In this document: positions 15,771-25,178 of the stretch, piece by piece
How the letters are laid out: every line of letters starts with the position of its first letter
How positions within the stretch are numbered: position 1 is the first letter of the stretch
Origin: Pseudonocardia sp.
GTDB lineage: Bacteria; Actinomycetota; Actinomycetes; Mycobacteriales; Pseudonocardiaceae
Direction of reading: 5' to 3'
Length of the DNA: 64,000 nt
Assembly: GCA_029263115.1 (NCBI GenBank)
Contig: JAJCYC010000269.1
Location: 930 to 64,929, forward strand
The notes under the pieces: model-generated
Databases searched by the model: none
The model's input: the letters and a program-made list of their open reading frames with translations, nothing else
Told to the model about the DNA's origin: nothing
Program-made: the position numbers and the translations under genes

Positions 15771-17546
15771 ATGGCCCACGACGAGACGCAGCCGAACACG
15801 GACGCCGAGCACGATTCCCTGGATCCCCGGGGCCGGGCCGGCACGCCGTCGAGGGGCAACCCCGGGATCGACCCGGCATTCGCGCCGGCCGGACGACCCG
15901 CGTCGGCCCCGTCGCCCTGGGCCCGATCGACCCCGGCCGCCGGACAGCCCGGCGCGCCCGTGAGCCCCGGTGACCGGTCCGTTTCCGACCCGGCGACGCC
16001 GCGGCCCGACGAGCGCTCCACATCCGGCTACCCGCCCGCGCCGGCCGGCCGGTCCGGCGGCCCGGGCGTGGCTTCCCCCCAGGAGCAGTCCCCCGGTGAG
16101 GAAGCGCCCACCGGCGCGGGCGCCGCGGCTGCGTCGCCCGCTCCGGCAGCGGGTCACGCCGGTGCCGGCGACCAACCGGCCGGGGCGCCCTACCCGGGTA
16201 CGCCGACCTACCCCGGCTCCTCCGGCCTTCCCGGCGCGCCGACCTACCCGGGTGCCTCGCCGTACGCGGCACCGTCCTACCCCGGTTCGTCGTCGTACCC
16301 CGGTGCACCTTCCTACCCGGGTGCGCCGTCCTACCCCGGGTCGCCGTCGTACCCCGGGTCGCCGTCCACTCCGCCGGGCGGGCAACCCACGGCCACGCTC
16401 ACCGGCCAGCAACCGGCCGCCGCGTCCGGGCCGGAGAAGCCCCGGAGTCCGCGGTCGATGCTGCTCGTGGTGGTGGCCGCGCTGCTCGCGGCGTTGCTCG
16501 GTGGTGGCATCGGTGGCGTGCTCGGCTACCAGTTGGCCGGTGGGCGCAGCCTGGGCAGCGTGCTCGGCAGCCCGCTGCCCGGTCTCGACTCGGCGTCCGC
16601 GCCGCAGACCGAGGTGGAGCGGGTCGCCCGCGACGTCCTGCCCAGCGTCGTGCAGTTGCGGGTGCGCTCGGGCGAGCGTTCGGGCGCCGGCTCGGGCATG
16701 GTGCTCAGCCCGGACGGCCTGATGCTGACCAACAACCACGTGATCGAGGCCGCGGCCGGCGGCGCCGGGCAGATCACCGCGCTGTTCCAGGACGGTAGGT
16801 CGGCGCCGGTGCAGATCATCGGACGCGACCCGAGCTCCGACCTTGCGGTGGTCAAGGCGCAGGACGTCACCGGCCTGGCGCCGATCACGCTCGGCAACTC
16901 CGACGCGGTCCGAGTGGGGCAGAACGTGGTGGCGATCGGCTCACCGCTGGGCCTGGGCGGCACGGTGACCACGGGCATCGTCAGCGCCCTGAACCGGGCG
17001 GTCTCCGTCGGCGGCGGGCGTGACCCCAACACCGGGGCGGTGCTCAATGCGATCCAGACCGACGCGGCGATCAACCCCGGCAACTCCGGCGGGCCGCTGG
17101 TGGACATCGAGGGCCGGCTGATCGGCATCAACAGCGCCATCGCCACCGTCGGCGGCGGCGCCGGGGACGAGGCGGGCTCGGTCGGGCTCGGTTTCGCCAT
17201 CCCGATCAACCAGGCCAAGCGGATCGCCGAGGAGCTGGAACGGGCCGGTCAGGCGACCAAGCCGATCCTCGGCGTCATGGTGATCACCTCCTCCCGGCTC
17301 GCCCCGCTCACCGAGCCGCCCGGTGCCCGGCTGACCGACGTGACCCCGGAGAGCCCCGCGGCGAAGGCCGGGCTCAAGGCGGGCGACGTCGTGGTGCGGG
17401 TCAACGACCGGACCGTCACCTACGGCGACGAGCTGGTGGCGGCGATCCGGTCACTGGCCCCGGGCCAGACGGTCACCCTGCAGCTCGCCGACGGGCGGGC
17501 GCTGTCCGCGGTGCTCGACGGTCAACCGGTGCCGGCCACGAAGTGA
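15771..17546 (+). CDS. pepD: HtrA/PepD-type trypsin-like serine protease with PDZ domain and long Pro/Tyr-rich N-terminal region
   Basis: In ORF 15714..17546; start ATG 15771. TM helix, GSGMVLSPDGLMLTNNHV, GNSGGPLVD and a C-terminal PDZ (KAGLKAGDVVVRVNDR). It lies downstream of mprAB, as in mycobacteria. Confidence 0.85.
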   Translation: MAHDETQPNTDAEHDSLDPRGRAGTPSRGNPGIDPAFAPAGRPASAPSPWARSTPAAGQPGAPVSPGDRSVSDPATPRPDERSTSGYPPAPAGRSGGPGVASPQEQSPGEEAPTGAGAAAASPAPAAGHAGAGDQPAGAPYPGTPTYPGSSGLPGAPTYPGASPYAAPSYPGSSSYPGAPSYPGAPSYPGSPSYPGSPSTPPGGQPTATLTGQQPAAASGPEKPRSPRSMLLVVVAALLAALLGGGIGGVLGYQLAGGRSLGSVLGSPLPGLDSASAPQTEVERVARDVLPSVVQLRVRSGERSGAGSGMVLSPDGLMLTNNHVIEAAAGGAGQITALFQDGRSAPVQIIGRDPSSDLAVVKAQDVTGLAPITLGNSDAVRVGQNVVAIGSPLGLGGTVTTGIVSALNRAVSVGGGRDPNTGAVLNAIQTDAAINPGNSGGPLVDIEGRLIGINSAIATVGGGAGDEAGSVGLGFAIPINQAKRIAEELERAGQATKPILGVMVITSSRLAPLTEPPGARLTDVTPESPAAKAGLKAGDVVVRVNDRTVTYGDELVAAIRSLAPGQTVTLQLADGRALSAVLDGQPVPATK

Positions 17547-17808
17547 GCCGACCGGTCACGGGATCCCGGGGATCACCGTTGGCGAACGGTGCCAGATCTC
17601 GCAGGTGACAAACCTGGTGGAGCGGGTACCGTGGGTCCTCCAGTCAGTACCGATCGGGCAGGCGGAGGTTCGCGTCGGGGCCCGGTCGGCGTCAGCCGCC
17701 GCGCCGGCGTAGGTCCCCCCTCCCAACGCGGGGCGGTGCCGTTGAGTGGGCTGTGCCGGTTCCAGGGGGCGGCGCGGGCCGTTGGGACGGCGCCGGTCGC
17801 GGCGGAGG

Positions 17809-18555
17809 TCAGGCCTGGGGACGCAGCTCGGCGAACACCCGGCGTCGACGGCTGAGCCGGCTCAGGCTGAGCTGATGCAGGGCGAGCTGATGCAGGACGA
17901 GCCCGGCGGCGGCGGCCACCTCGGTGATCGCGCCGGCTCCCACCATCGCCCAGGGGAACCACCGCCCGCACGACCCGCCCGGCCCGACCAGCCGCGCCGG
18001 CCCGCGCCACAGACCGGGCTCGCCGGTCGACAGCTCGACCAGGACCGAGCCGCCCGACCCGATCAGCCGGCGGCTCCGGTTCAGCAGGGCGACCGGGTCG
18101 CCGCCGATGCCCAGGTTGCCGTCGGCCAGCAGCACGTGGTGCCAGCGGCCCTCCCCGGGCAGCTCGCCGAACACGTCGCGGCGCAGCACCAGCGCGCCCC
18201 GGGAGCGGCACTGCCGGATCGCCCGGGCGGAGGTGTCCACCCCCAGCGCCGGCACCCCCCGCTCGGTCAACGCGGCCACCAGCCGGCCCGGCCCGCAGCC
18301 CAGGTCGAGGGTCGGGCCGCCGCAGCCGTCGAGCAGCCAACGGTCGGATCGGGCGGCGTCCGCCCGCCAGCGCCGGCTGTCCAGCCGGGTGGCAGACGCG
18401 CCGTGCCGGTCCAACCGGCGGGCTCGTCCGGCCAGCCCGATGTCGAACGGGTCGTCCAGGTCGACCGGTGCCTCAAGGTCGGGGTCCCCGGGGACCGCGA
18501 ACCCGGAGAACTCGTCTCCGGACATGAGGTTCGACGGCCCTGCGGGGCTCAGCAC
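17809..18555 (-). CDS. Class I SAM-dependent methyltransferase
   Basis: 248 aa with motif I TLDLGCGPGRL. It overlaps the upstream gene's stop by 7 nt. Alternative start ATG 18525. Confidence 0.75.
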   Translation of the reverse strand: MLSPAGPSNLMSGDEFSGFAVPGDPDLEAPVDLDDPFDIGLAGRARRLDRHGASATRLDSRRWRADAARSDRWLLDGCGGPTLDLGCGPGRLVAALTERGVPALGVDTSARAIRQCRSRGALVLRRDVFGELPGEGRWHHVLLADGNLGIGGDPVALLNRSRRLIGSGGSVLVELSTGEPGLWRGPARLVGPGGSCGRWFPWAMVGAGAITEVAAAAGLVLHQLALHQLSLSRLSRRRRVFAELRPQA

Positions 18556-19322
18556 CGCTCACCCACCGGCACGCCGAGCAGCGCGCGGACCCGTTCGGCG
18601 AACCGACCGTGCGGTGCGCCGGCGGCGACCGCGTGGGCGTCCGCCGCGGTGTCGACGTCCCGGTGGGTGGCTGCGGTGTGCACCCGCAGGCCGGCGGCGA
18701 GCAGCGCCCGGCGGGTCAGCTCGCCGGTGTCCGGGCGCGAGGTGGGCACCCCGGCGATCAGCCCGGCGAGCCGGGGGTCGCGCAGACCCAGCGCCCACCA
18801 CCCGCCGTCCGAGGCCGGGCCGAGCACCGCGTCCGTGCCCGGCACCGTGCCGGTACCGCGCCGGAAGGCTGGTCCCGCGGGCTCGAGCAGCGGGGCCAGT
18901 GCCGCGGCCAGCGCCGGCGCGTCCAGCTGCGGGGTGTCCATCCCGATCTGCAGCACCACCGCGCCCGGAGCCCGGCGGGCCACCTCGGCGTGCGCCGACG
19001 CGATGCGCCGCCCGAGGCCCTCGCCGCGCTGGGCGAACACCTCGACCCCGGCCAGGGCACGGCGTAGCTCGGGGGCGCGCGCGGCGTCGGCCAGCTCGCC
19101 GGTCCAGGCCACCATCACCCGGGTGCCGGGCAGCGCGTCCCGGCCGAGCGTGGCGGCCGCGTCCAGGGTGTCCAGCAGCGAGGCGGCGGCGATCTCGGCG
19201 GCCTCGTCCGGTGTGGCCGGGGGGCACAACCGGGTCTTCGCCAGTCCGGCGACCGGCGCCTTGGCCAGCACCAGCAGCACCGGCGGACCCGGTTCGGCAC
19301 CCGGTCGCGGGCCGGGGTTCAC
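18549..19322 (-). CDS. DUF2064 / TIGR04282-like (CofC-like fold) glycosyltransferase-associated protein
   Basis: In ORF 18549..19631. The GTG start at 19322 overlaps the GT2 stop (GTGA). PVLLVLAKAPVAGLAKTRLCPPATPDEAAEIAAASLLDTL...DGGWWALGL is typical of DUF2064. Confidence 0.7.
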   Translation of the reverse strand: MNPGPRPGAEPGPPVLLVLAKAPVAGLAKTRLCPPATPDEAAEIAAASLLDTLDAAATLGRDALPGTRVMVAWTGELADAARAPELRRALAGVEVFAQRGEGLGRRIASAHAEVARRAPGAVVLQIGMDTPQLDAPALAAALAPLLEPAGPAFRRGTGTVPGTDAVLGPASDGGWWALGLRDPRLAGLIAGVPTSRPDTGELTRRALLAAGLRVHTAATHRDVDTAADAHAVAAGAPHGRFAERVRALLGVPVGERC

Positions 19323-19990
19323 CGCGAGCCCACCAGGACCGCGGACATGTCGCGGACCGCCCGGGCGGTGCCCCGGACCGACCCGGACACCTTGGAGCGC
19401 CCGCCGGTCCGGGGCCGGTACTCGACCTCGATCTCGTGCAGCCGCCAGCCCGCGGCGCCGGCCCGTACCAGCAGCTCCAGCGGATAGCCGAAGGCCCGGT
19501 CGGTCACCCCCAGGTCGAGCAGCCCGGTGCGGCGCGCGGCGCGTACCGGGGCGATGTCGCGCACCGGGATCCCGCGCCGGCGCAGCAGCACCGCGATCAA
19601 CGCGTTGCCCAGCCGGGCGTGCCACGGCCATGCGCCGCGCCCGACCGGCACCCGCCGGCCCACCGCCATCTCGGCCCGGCCGTCGGCCACCGCGGCGACC
19701 AGCTCGGGCAGCACCTCGGGGGGCAGCGACCCGTCGGCGTCGATGACGCAGACGAACTCGGCGGTGGCGGCGAGCAGGCCGGCGTGCACCGCGGCGCCGT
19801 AGCCGCGTCGGGGCTCACGCACCACGAGCGCGCCCAGCGCCTCGGCGACCGCCACCGTGTCGTCGGTGCTGCCGTTGTCGACCACGATCGGCCGGTAGCC
19901 GGCGGGCAGCCGACCGAGCACGCCGGGCAGTGCCTCCGCCTCGTCGAGGCAGGGCAGCACCACGTCCGCAGCCGGGGGAGCGGGGATCAC
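19319..19990 (-). CDS. Family-2 glycosyltransferase (polyprenyl-phosphate sugar synthase-like)
   Basis: 223 aa: VVLPCLDEAEALPGVL...IVVDNGSTDDT...VIDADGS...RSKVSG; Dpm1/GtrB-like. Confidence 0.8.
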   Translation of the reverse strand: MIPAPPAADVVLPCLDEAEALPGVLGRLPAGYRPIVVDNGSTDDTVAVAEALGALVVREPRRGYGAAVHAGLLAATAEFVCVIDADGSLPPEVLPELVAAVADGRAEMAVGRRVPVGRGAWPWHARLGNALIAVLLRRRGIPVRDIAPVRAARRTGLLDLGVTDRAFGYPLELLVRAGAAGWRLHEIEVEYRPRTGGRSKVSGSVRGTARAVRDMSAVLVGSR

Positions 19991-20127
19991 GGTGCGGAAC
20001 CTTACGGGTGCGCCTCGTGGTGGTCTGCTTACGGACCGATGACATCACCCCTACGGGGCGTCATGTTCGGGACTGACCCCGCCCGGGCGGCCTAGCCTCC
20101 GCGAATGGGAAAGCGGGAGGAGTCGAC

Positions 20128-20862
20128 GTGACGGATGCCCACGACGACGTCGCGGCGAGGGGGCACGTGCTGGTGGTGGACGACGACCGCACGGTGTGCG
20201 AGGTGGTGAGCCGGTACCTGACCCGGGCGGGCTACCGGGTCAGCGTGTGCGGCGACGGGGAGCAGGGTCTGCGGTTGGCCCGGGAGCGCCGACCCGACCT
20301 GATGGTGCTGGACCTGATGCTGCCCGGGCGATCGGGACTCGACGTGTGCACCGAGCTGCGGGCGGGCCCGTCGGACCTCGCCCAGGTGCCGATCATCATG
20401 CTCACCGCGCTGGGAGAGGAGGAGAACCGGGTGGCCGGGCTGGAGCTGGGCGCCGACGACTACGTGACCAAGCCGTTCAGCCCGCGCGAGCTGGTACTGC
20501 GGATCGGGCTGGTGCTGCGCCGCTCCCGCGACGCGTCCGGCACGCCGAACTCCCGGCCCGCGGTGCGCGACGGCGATCTCACGGTCGACATGGCCGCCCG
20601 CCGGGCCACCCTGGCCGACCGGGAGCTGGCGTTGACCGTCCGCGAGTTCGACCTGCTGGCCTTCCTGATCAACCACCCCGGCCAGGCATTCGGTCGCCCC
20701 GAGCTGTTGGAACGGGTGTGGGGCTGGAGCTTCGGCGACTCGTCGACGGTGACCGTGCACGTGCGGCGGTTACGGGAGAAGGTGGAGGCCGACCCCACCG
20801 AGCCGAAGCGGATCTGCACGGTCTGGGGAGTGGGCTACCGCTACGACCGGATCGCGCCGTGA
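20128..20862 (+). CDS. OmpR-family response regulator
   Basis: [26 protein letters not shown]...[18 protein letters not shown]...[18 protein letters not shown] plus a winged-helix C-terminus. Confidence 0.9.
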   Translation: MTDAHDDVAARGHVLVVDDDRTVCEVVSRYLTRAGYRVSVCGDGEQGLRLARERRPDLMVLDLMLPGRSGLDVCTELRAGPSDLAQVPIIMLTALGEEENRVAGLELGADDYVTKPFSPRELVLRIGLVLRRSRDASGTPNSRPAVRDGDLTVDMAARRATLADRELALTVREFDLLAFLINHPGQAFGRPELLERVWGWSFGDSSTVTVHVRRLREKVEADPTEPKRICTVWGVGYRYDRIAP

Positions 20863-21887
20863 TGGCCATGTGGTCGGAGCTGGGTCGGGTCTGGGGCCTG
20901 GCGCTCGCGTTCACCATGCCCGTGGCGCTGGGCGGGGCGTTGCTGCTGCACCGGATGCGCCGGCGGTCGATCACCGCGGCGGTGACCGTACTGGTGCTGA
21001 TCCCGATGGCGGCCGCACTGGTCGGGGTGCTCGGGGTGAGCGGCTTCATGCTCGATCCCCAGCTGTCGCGCACGCTGGCGGTGTGCCTGGTGGTGGCGTG
21101 TGTGTGCGTGCCGGCCGCGCTGCTGCTGGGCCGGGGCCTGGCCCGGGACAGCGTGTGGGAGCGGGAGGCGCGCAGCCGGGAGCGGGCCGCCGAGTCGGCC
21201 CGCCGCGAGCTGGTCACCTGGATGAGCCACGACCTGCGCACCCCGCTGGCCGGCATCCGGGCGATGGCCGAGGCGCTGGCCGACGGGGTGATCGAGGACC
21301 GGGCCACCGCCGAGGAGTACGCCCGGCGGATCGGTCGGGAGACCGAGCGGCTGGCCGGCATGGTGGAGGACCTGTTCCAGCTGTCCCGGATCACCTCCGG
21401 GGCACTGTGCCTGACGCTGTCCGCGGTGCCGCTGGGCGAGGTGGTGTCCGAGGCGGTGGCCGCCGAGTCCGCGCACGCCGCCGCCGCCGGGGTCCGGCTG
21501 ACCGCCGCCGACGACGTGGTGTGGCCGGTGGTGCTGGGCAGCGACCCGGAACTGGCCCGGGTGGTGCGCAACCTCGTCTCGAACGCGGTGCGGCACACCC
21601 CGCCGGACGGCACCGTGATGCTGGCCGCCGGCACCGACGACGGGCGGGCCTGGCTGCGGGTCCAGGACGGCTGCGGCGGCATCCCCGAACCCGACCTGGA
21701 CCGGGTCTTCGAGGTGGCGTTCCGGGGCAGCGTGGCCCGCTCGCCGCAGGCTTCCGGGGAGGCCGGCGCGGGGCTCGGCCTGGCGATCGCCCGAGGCCTG
21801 GTGGAGGCGCACGACGGCGAGATCGACGCCTACAACCACCCGCCCGGCTGCCGCTTCGAGGTCCGTCTGCCCCTGGCCCGTGAATGA
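20859..21887 (+). CDS. Sensor histidine kinase
   Basis: In the frame of ORF 20196..21887. GTGATG overlaps the regulator's stop. Three or four TM helices, H-box [14 protein letters not shown] box [12 protein letters not shown] boxes QDGCGGI and [14 protein letters not shown]. Confidence 0.85.
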   Translation: MMAMWSELGRVWGLALAFTMPVALGGALLLHRMRRRSITAAVTVLVLIPMAAALVGVLGVSGFMLDPQLSRTLAVCLVVACVCVPAALLLGRGLARDSVWEREARSRERAAESARRELVTWMSHDLRTPLAGIRAMAEALADGVIEDRATAEEYARRIGRETERLAGMVEDLFQLSRITSGALCLTLSAVPLGEVVSEAVAAESAHAAAAGVRLTAADDVVWPVVLGSDPELARVVRNLVSNAVRHTPPDGTVMLAAGTDDGRAWLRVQDGCGGIPEPDLDRVFEVAFRGSVARSPQASGEAGAGLGLAIARGLVEAHDGEIDAYNHPPGCRFEVRLPLARE

Positions 21888-22011
21888 GAGCTAGCGTCCC
21901 GGCGCGACCACTCACCCACGACGTTCGAGCCCGGTAAGGCCGGCTTACCGGGGGCTTACGGGACCCACCGGTGGCCGGGTGCGGGGTGATCACCGGGCTA
22001 ATGTCGCGGTC

Positions 22012-23445
22012 ATGTCAGCACGACACGGGACCGCGACGCCCACCGCGCCGGATACCGGGACCTCCGATCGGAGCGGGGAGCCGGACTACGGGTTCCCCGC
22101 TCCGCTGTGGCGCGCGCTGGAGCGGGCCCGTCCGCCCGGCCTCGGGCGCACCCGAGCCTGGCGCAGCCCGATCCGGGGACCGTGGCTGACCTCGGTCTTC
22201 GGTGCGGTGCTGCTGGTCGGGTTGCCGATCGTGACCGTCACCGGGTTCCTGGACTACGCGGCGTACGGCCCCCAGTTCGGCCAGGCGTTCCCGGCGGACG
22301 TGGGCTGGCTGCGGCCGCCACCGTTCGACTGGCCGACCCGGCCGGCCTGGCTGTTCCAGCTCACCCAGGGCCTGCACGTGGTGCTCGGGCTGGTCCTGGT
22401 GCCGGTGGTGCTGGCCAAGCTGTGGTCGGTGGTGCCCAAGCTGTTCGCCTGGCCGCCGGCGCGCTCGGCGGCCCAGGCGCTCGAGCGGCTGTCCCTGCTG
22501 GCCATGGTCGGCGGCATCCTGTTCGAGATCGTCACCGGGGTGCTCAACATCCAGTACGACTACGTGTTCGGCTTCGACTTCTACGCCGCGCACTACTGGG
22601 GCGCGTGGGTGTTCGTCGCCGGGTTCGTGGCGCACACCGTGCTGAAGCTGCCGGTCATGCTGCGCTCGCTGCGGTCCCGGTCGCTGGGCGCGGAGCTGCG
22701 CACCCCGTTGGCCGACACCCGGCCCGAGCCCGCCGACCCGGCCGACCCGGACACCCTGGTGGCGCTCGACCCGGGCCCGCCGACGGTGTCCCGGCGCGGC
22801 GCGCTGACGCTGGTCGGCGGTGGCTCGCTGCTGGTGGCCGGGTTGACCGCCGGGCAGACCGTCGAGGCACTGCGCCCGGCGGCGTTGCTGCTGCCGCGCG
22901 GGCGGGACTACGGCGACGGGCCGAACGACTTCCAGGTCAACCGCACCGCGGCGGCGGCCGGCATCACCCCGGAGCTGGCCGGGCCGACCTGGCGGCTACG
23001 GCTGACCGGCGTGGACGGCTCGACCCCGGACGCCGGGCCACCCGCCGTAGGGGTGGCGCTCGACGCCGGGGTGGGGGCGCCGATGGTGTTCGACGCCGCC
23101 GCGCTGGCCACGCTGCCCCAGCACACCGCGCGGCTGCCGCTGGCCTGCGTCGAGGGCTGGTCGACCACGCAGACCTGGACCGGGGTGCGGCTGCGTGACC
23201 TCGCGGCACTGGTCGGGGTCCCGGAGCCGACCTCGGCGCTGGTCCGCTCGATCGAACGGGAGGGCGCGTTCAACCGGGCGGTGCTGACCCGCGGCCAGGT
23301 GCTCGACCCGGACTCGCTGCTGGCGCTGGTGGTCAACGGGGCGCGGTTGAGCCTGGCGCACGGCGCGCCGGCCCGGGTGATCGCGCCGGCGGTGCCCGGG
23401 GTGCACTGCACCAAGTGGGTCGGCTCGATCGAGTTCCGGAGGTGA
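22012..23445 (+). CDS. Fusion of a cytochrome-b-like membrane domain to a molybdopterin-dependent (sulfite-oxidase/MsrP-like) oxidoreductase domain
   Basis: In ORF 21979..23445. The N-terminal half has 4-5 TM helices with conserved His residues. The C-terminal half reads DFQVNRTA...WRLRLTG...LPLACVEGWSTTQTWTGVRLRDL...ALVVNGARLSLAHGAPARVIAPAVPGVHCTKWV. Confidence 0.75.
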   Translation: MSARHGTATPTAPDTGTSDRSGEPDYGFPAPLWRALERARPPGLGRTRAWRSPIRGPWLTSVFGAVLLVGLPIVTVTGFLDYAAYGPQFGQAFPADVGWLRPPPFDWPTRPAWLFQLTQGLHVVLGLVLVPVVLAKLWSVVPKLFAWPPARSAAQALERLSLLAMVGGILFEIVTGVLNIQYDYVFGFDFYAAHYWGAWVFVAGFVAHTVLKLPVMLRSLRSRSLGAELRTPLADTRPEPADPADPDTLVALDPGPPTVSRRGALTLVGGGSLLVAGLTAGQTVEALRPAALLLPRGRDYGDGPNDFQVNRTAAAAGITPELAGPTWRLRLTGVDGSTPDAGPPAVGVALDAGVGAPMVFDAAALATLPQHTARLPLACVEGWSTTQTWTGVRLRDLAALVGVPEPTSALVRSIEREGAFNRAVLTRGQVLDPDSLLALVVNGARLSLAHGAPARVIAPAVPGVHCTKWVGSIEFRR

Positions 23446-23527
23446 AGGGTGAGTGAGCATCGCAGCGAGCGTCAGCGAGTGAGGAGCGGAGCGAACCCGG
23501 AACCGACCGTCGATCCGGAGGTGAAGG
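23435..23527 (+). repeat. 79-bp-spaced direct repeat (tccggaggtgaagg x2) at a gene junction
   Basis: Copy 1 (23435-23448) contains the oxidoreductase stop codon. Copy 2 (23514-23527) supplies the GGAGG RBS for the next gene. Confidence 0.8.
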
Positions 23528-23531
23528 TTAA

Positions 23532-24023
23532 GTGATCACCCGGTTGTACGGGGCGCACCCGCTGCACCTGATGCTGGTGCTCGGCTGCCTGGCCGGCGCC
23601 GGGTACGCCGCGCTGCAGGTCGGGGTGAACCCGCTGTGGTGGCTGATGCTGATCTGGTTCTCGGCTGCGGTGCTGCTGCACGACCTGGTGCTGTTCCCGG
23701 TGTACGCGGCGTCGGACCGGGTGCTGGTCGGCGTGCTGGGCCGGATGGTCAACTACGTTCGGGTGCCGCTGATGGGTTGCGCGTTGACCTTCGCCCTGTT
23801 CTTCCCCGGGATCGTCCGCCAGGGCGACGCGGTGGTGCTGGGCAACACCGGGCTCGACCAGGAGCCCTACCTGGCCCGCTGGCTGATGCTGTGCGCGGCG
23901 ATGTTCGCGGTGTCCGGGGTGGTGCTGGTGCTGACCGGCGCGGCCCGGGCGATCCGCTCCCGGCGCGCCGCACGGCACCCGCGCCGGACCGCGCCCGCGC
24001 CGGACGGCGCCCGCGCCGGCTAG
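23532..24023 (+). CDS. Hypothetical integral membrane protein
   Basis: 163 aa with 4 predicted TM helices, GTG start, high GC3. No family recognised. Confidence 0.6.
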   Translation: MITRLYGAHPLHLMLVLGCLAGAGYAALQVGVNPLWWLMLIWFSAAVLLHDLVLFPVYAASDRVLVGVLGRMVNYVRVPLMGCALTFALFFPGIVRQGDAVVLGNTGLDQEPYLARWLMLCAAMFAVSGVVLVLTGAARAIRSRRAARHPRRTAPAPDGARAG

Positions 24024-24041
24024 CACTCATGCCGGGTACGG

Positions 24042-25109
24042 TCAGCCGCGGACGGCGGCCGGTTCGCGCAGGGTGTCGGTGGCAAAGGCGGCGACCCCGT
24101 CGGCGAACCCGGTGGCGGCGTGGAAACCGAGCAGCTCCCGGGCCCGCTCCGGCGAGGCGACCACGTGCCGGACGTCCCCGGACCGCGCCCCGCCGACCAC
24201 CACCGGCGCCGGGCCGCCCATCGTCGCGGCCAGAGTGGTGGCCAGCTCGCCGACGGTGCGCGGCTCACCGGAACACACGTTCAGCGCCACCAGACGCCCG
24301 GGCTCCGGCTCTGCGGCCAGGGCCAGCGCGTTGGCCGCCGCGACGTCGGTGACGTGCACGAAGTCCCGCCGCTGCGCGCCGTCCTCCATCACTCTCGGCG
24401 CCTCGCCGCGGGCCAGCGCCGATCGGAAGATCGAGGCCACCCCGGCGTACGGGGTGTCTCGCGGCATCCGGGGGCCGTACACGTTGTGGTAGCGCAGCGA
24501 CCAGGCACCGCCGCCGGTCTGCCGGGCCCAGGCCGCCACCAGGTGCTCCTGGGCCAGCTTGGTGGCCGCATAGGTGCTGCGCGGGTCGAGCGGGGCGTCC
24601 TCGCCGACCAGCCCGGAGCGCAGCGGCGCGCCGCAGATCGGGCAGGGCGGCTCGAACCGGCCGGCGGCGAGGTCGTCGTCCCGGCGGGCACCGGCGCGGA
24701 CCACCCCGTGCTCGGGGCAGTCGTAGCGGCCCTCGCCGTAGACCACCATCGAGCCGGCCAGCACCAGCCGGTGCACCCCGGCCGAGTGCATCGCGGCCAG
24801 CAGCACAGCGGTCCCGTAGTCGTTGTGGCTGGCGTACTCCGGGGCGTCGGACGGGTCGACCCCGTGCCCGACCATGGCGGCCTGGTGGCACACCGCGTCC
24901 ACCCCCGGCAGCAGCCGGCCGAGCAGCTCGGCGTCGCGCACGTCGCCGACCACCAGCTCGTGCCGGCCGGTCCACTCCGGTGGCTCCGACCCGCCGTGCG
25001 CCTGCGGCAGCAGTGCGTCCAGCACCAGCGGTCGATGCCCCTGCTCGGCCAACAGGTCGGCCACGTGGGAGCCGATGAACCCGGCTCCGCCGGTCACGAG
25101 GATGCGCAC
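24042..25109 (-). CDS. NAD-dependent epimerase/dehydratase (SDR) with CxxH...CxxC insert
   Basis: The C-terminal 355 aa of ORF 24042..26135; GTG start at 25109. VRILVTGGAGFIGSHV, STYAATKLAQE (YxxxK), and the insert YDCPEHG...PPCPICG. Confidence 0.85.
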   Translation of the reverse strand: MRILVTGGAGFIGSHVADLLAEQGHRPLVLDALLPQAHGGSEPPEWTGRHELVVGDVRDAELLGRLLPGVDAVCHQAAMVGHGVDPSDAPEYASHNDYGTAVLLAAMHSAGVHRLVLAGSMVVYGEGRYDCPEHGVVRAGARRDDDLAAGRFEPPCPICGAPLRSGLVGEDAPLDPRSTYAATKLAQEHLVAAWARQTGGGAWSLRYHNVYGPRMPRDTPYAGVASIFRSALARGEAPRVMEDGAQRRDFVHVTDVAAANALALAAEPEPGRLVALNVCSGEPRTVGELATTLAATMGGPAPVVVGGARSGDVRHVVASPERARELLGFHAATGFADGVAAFATDTLREPAAVRG

Positions 25110-25178
25110 GCCGGCACAGTAGTGCGGCCACCACGGCGCGGGGCCGACCCGCTCCCGCCGACCCACTACGGTAATCAC

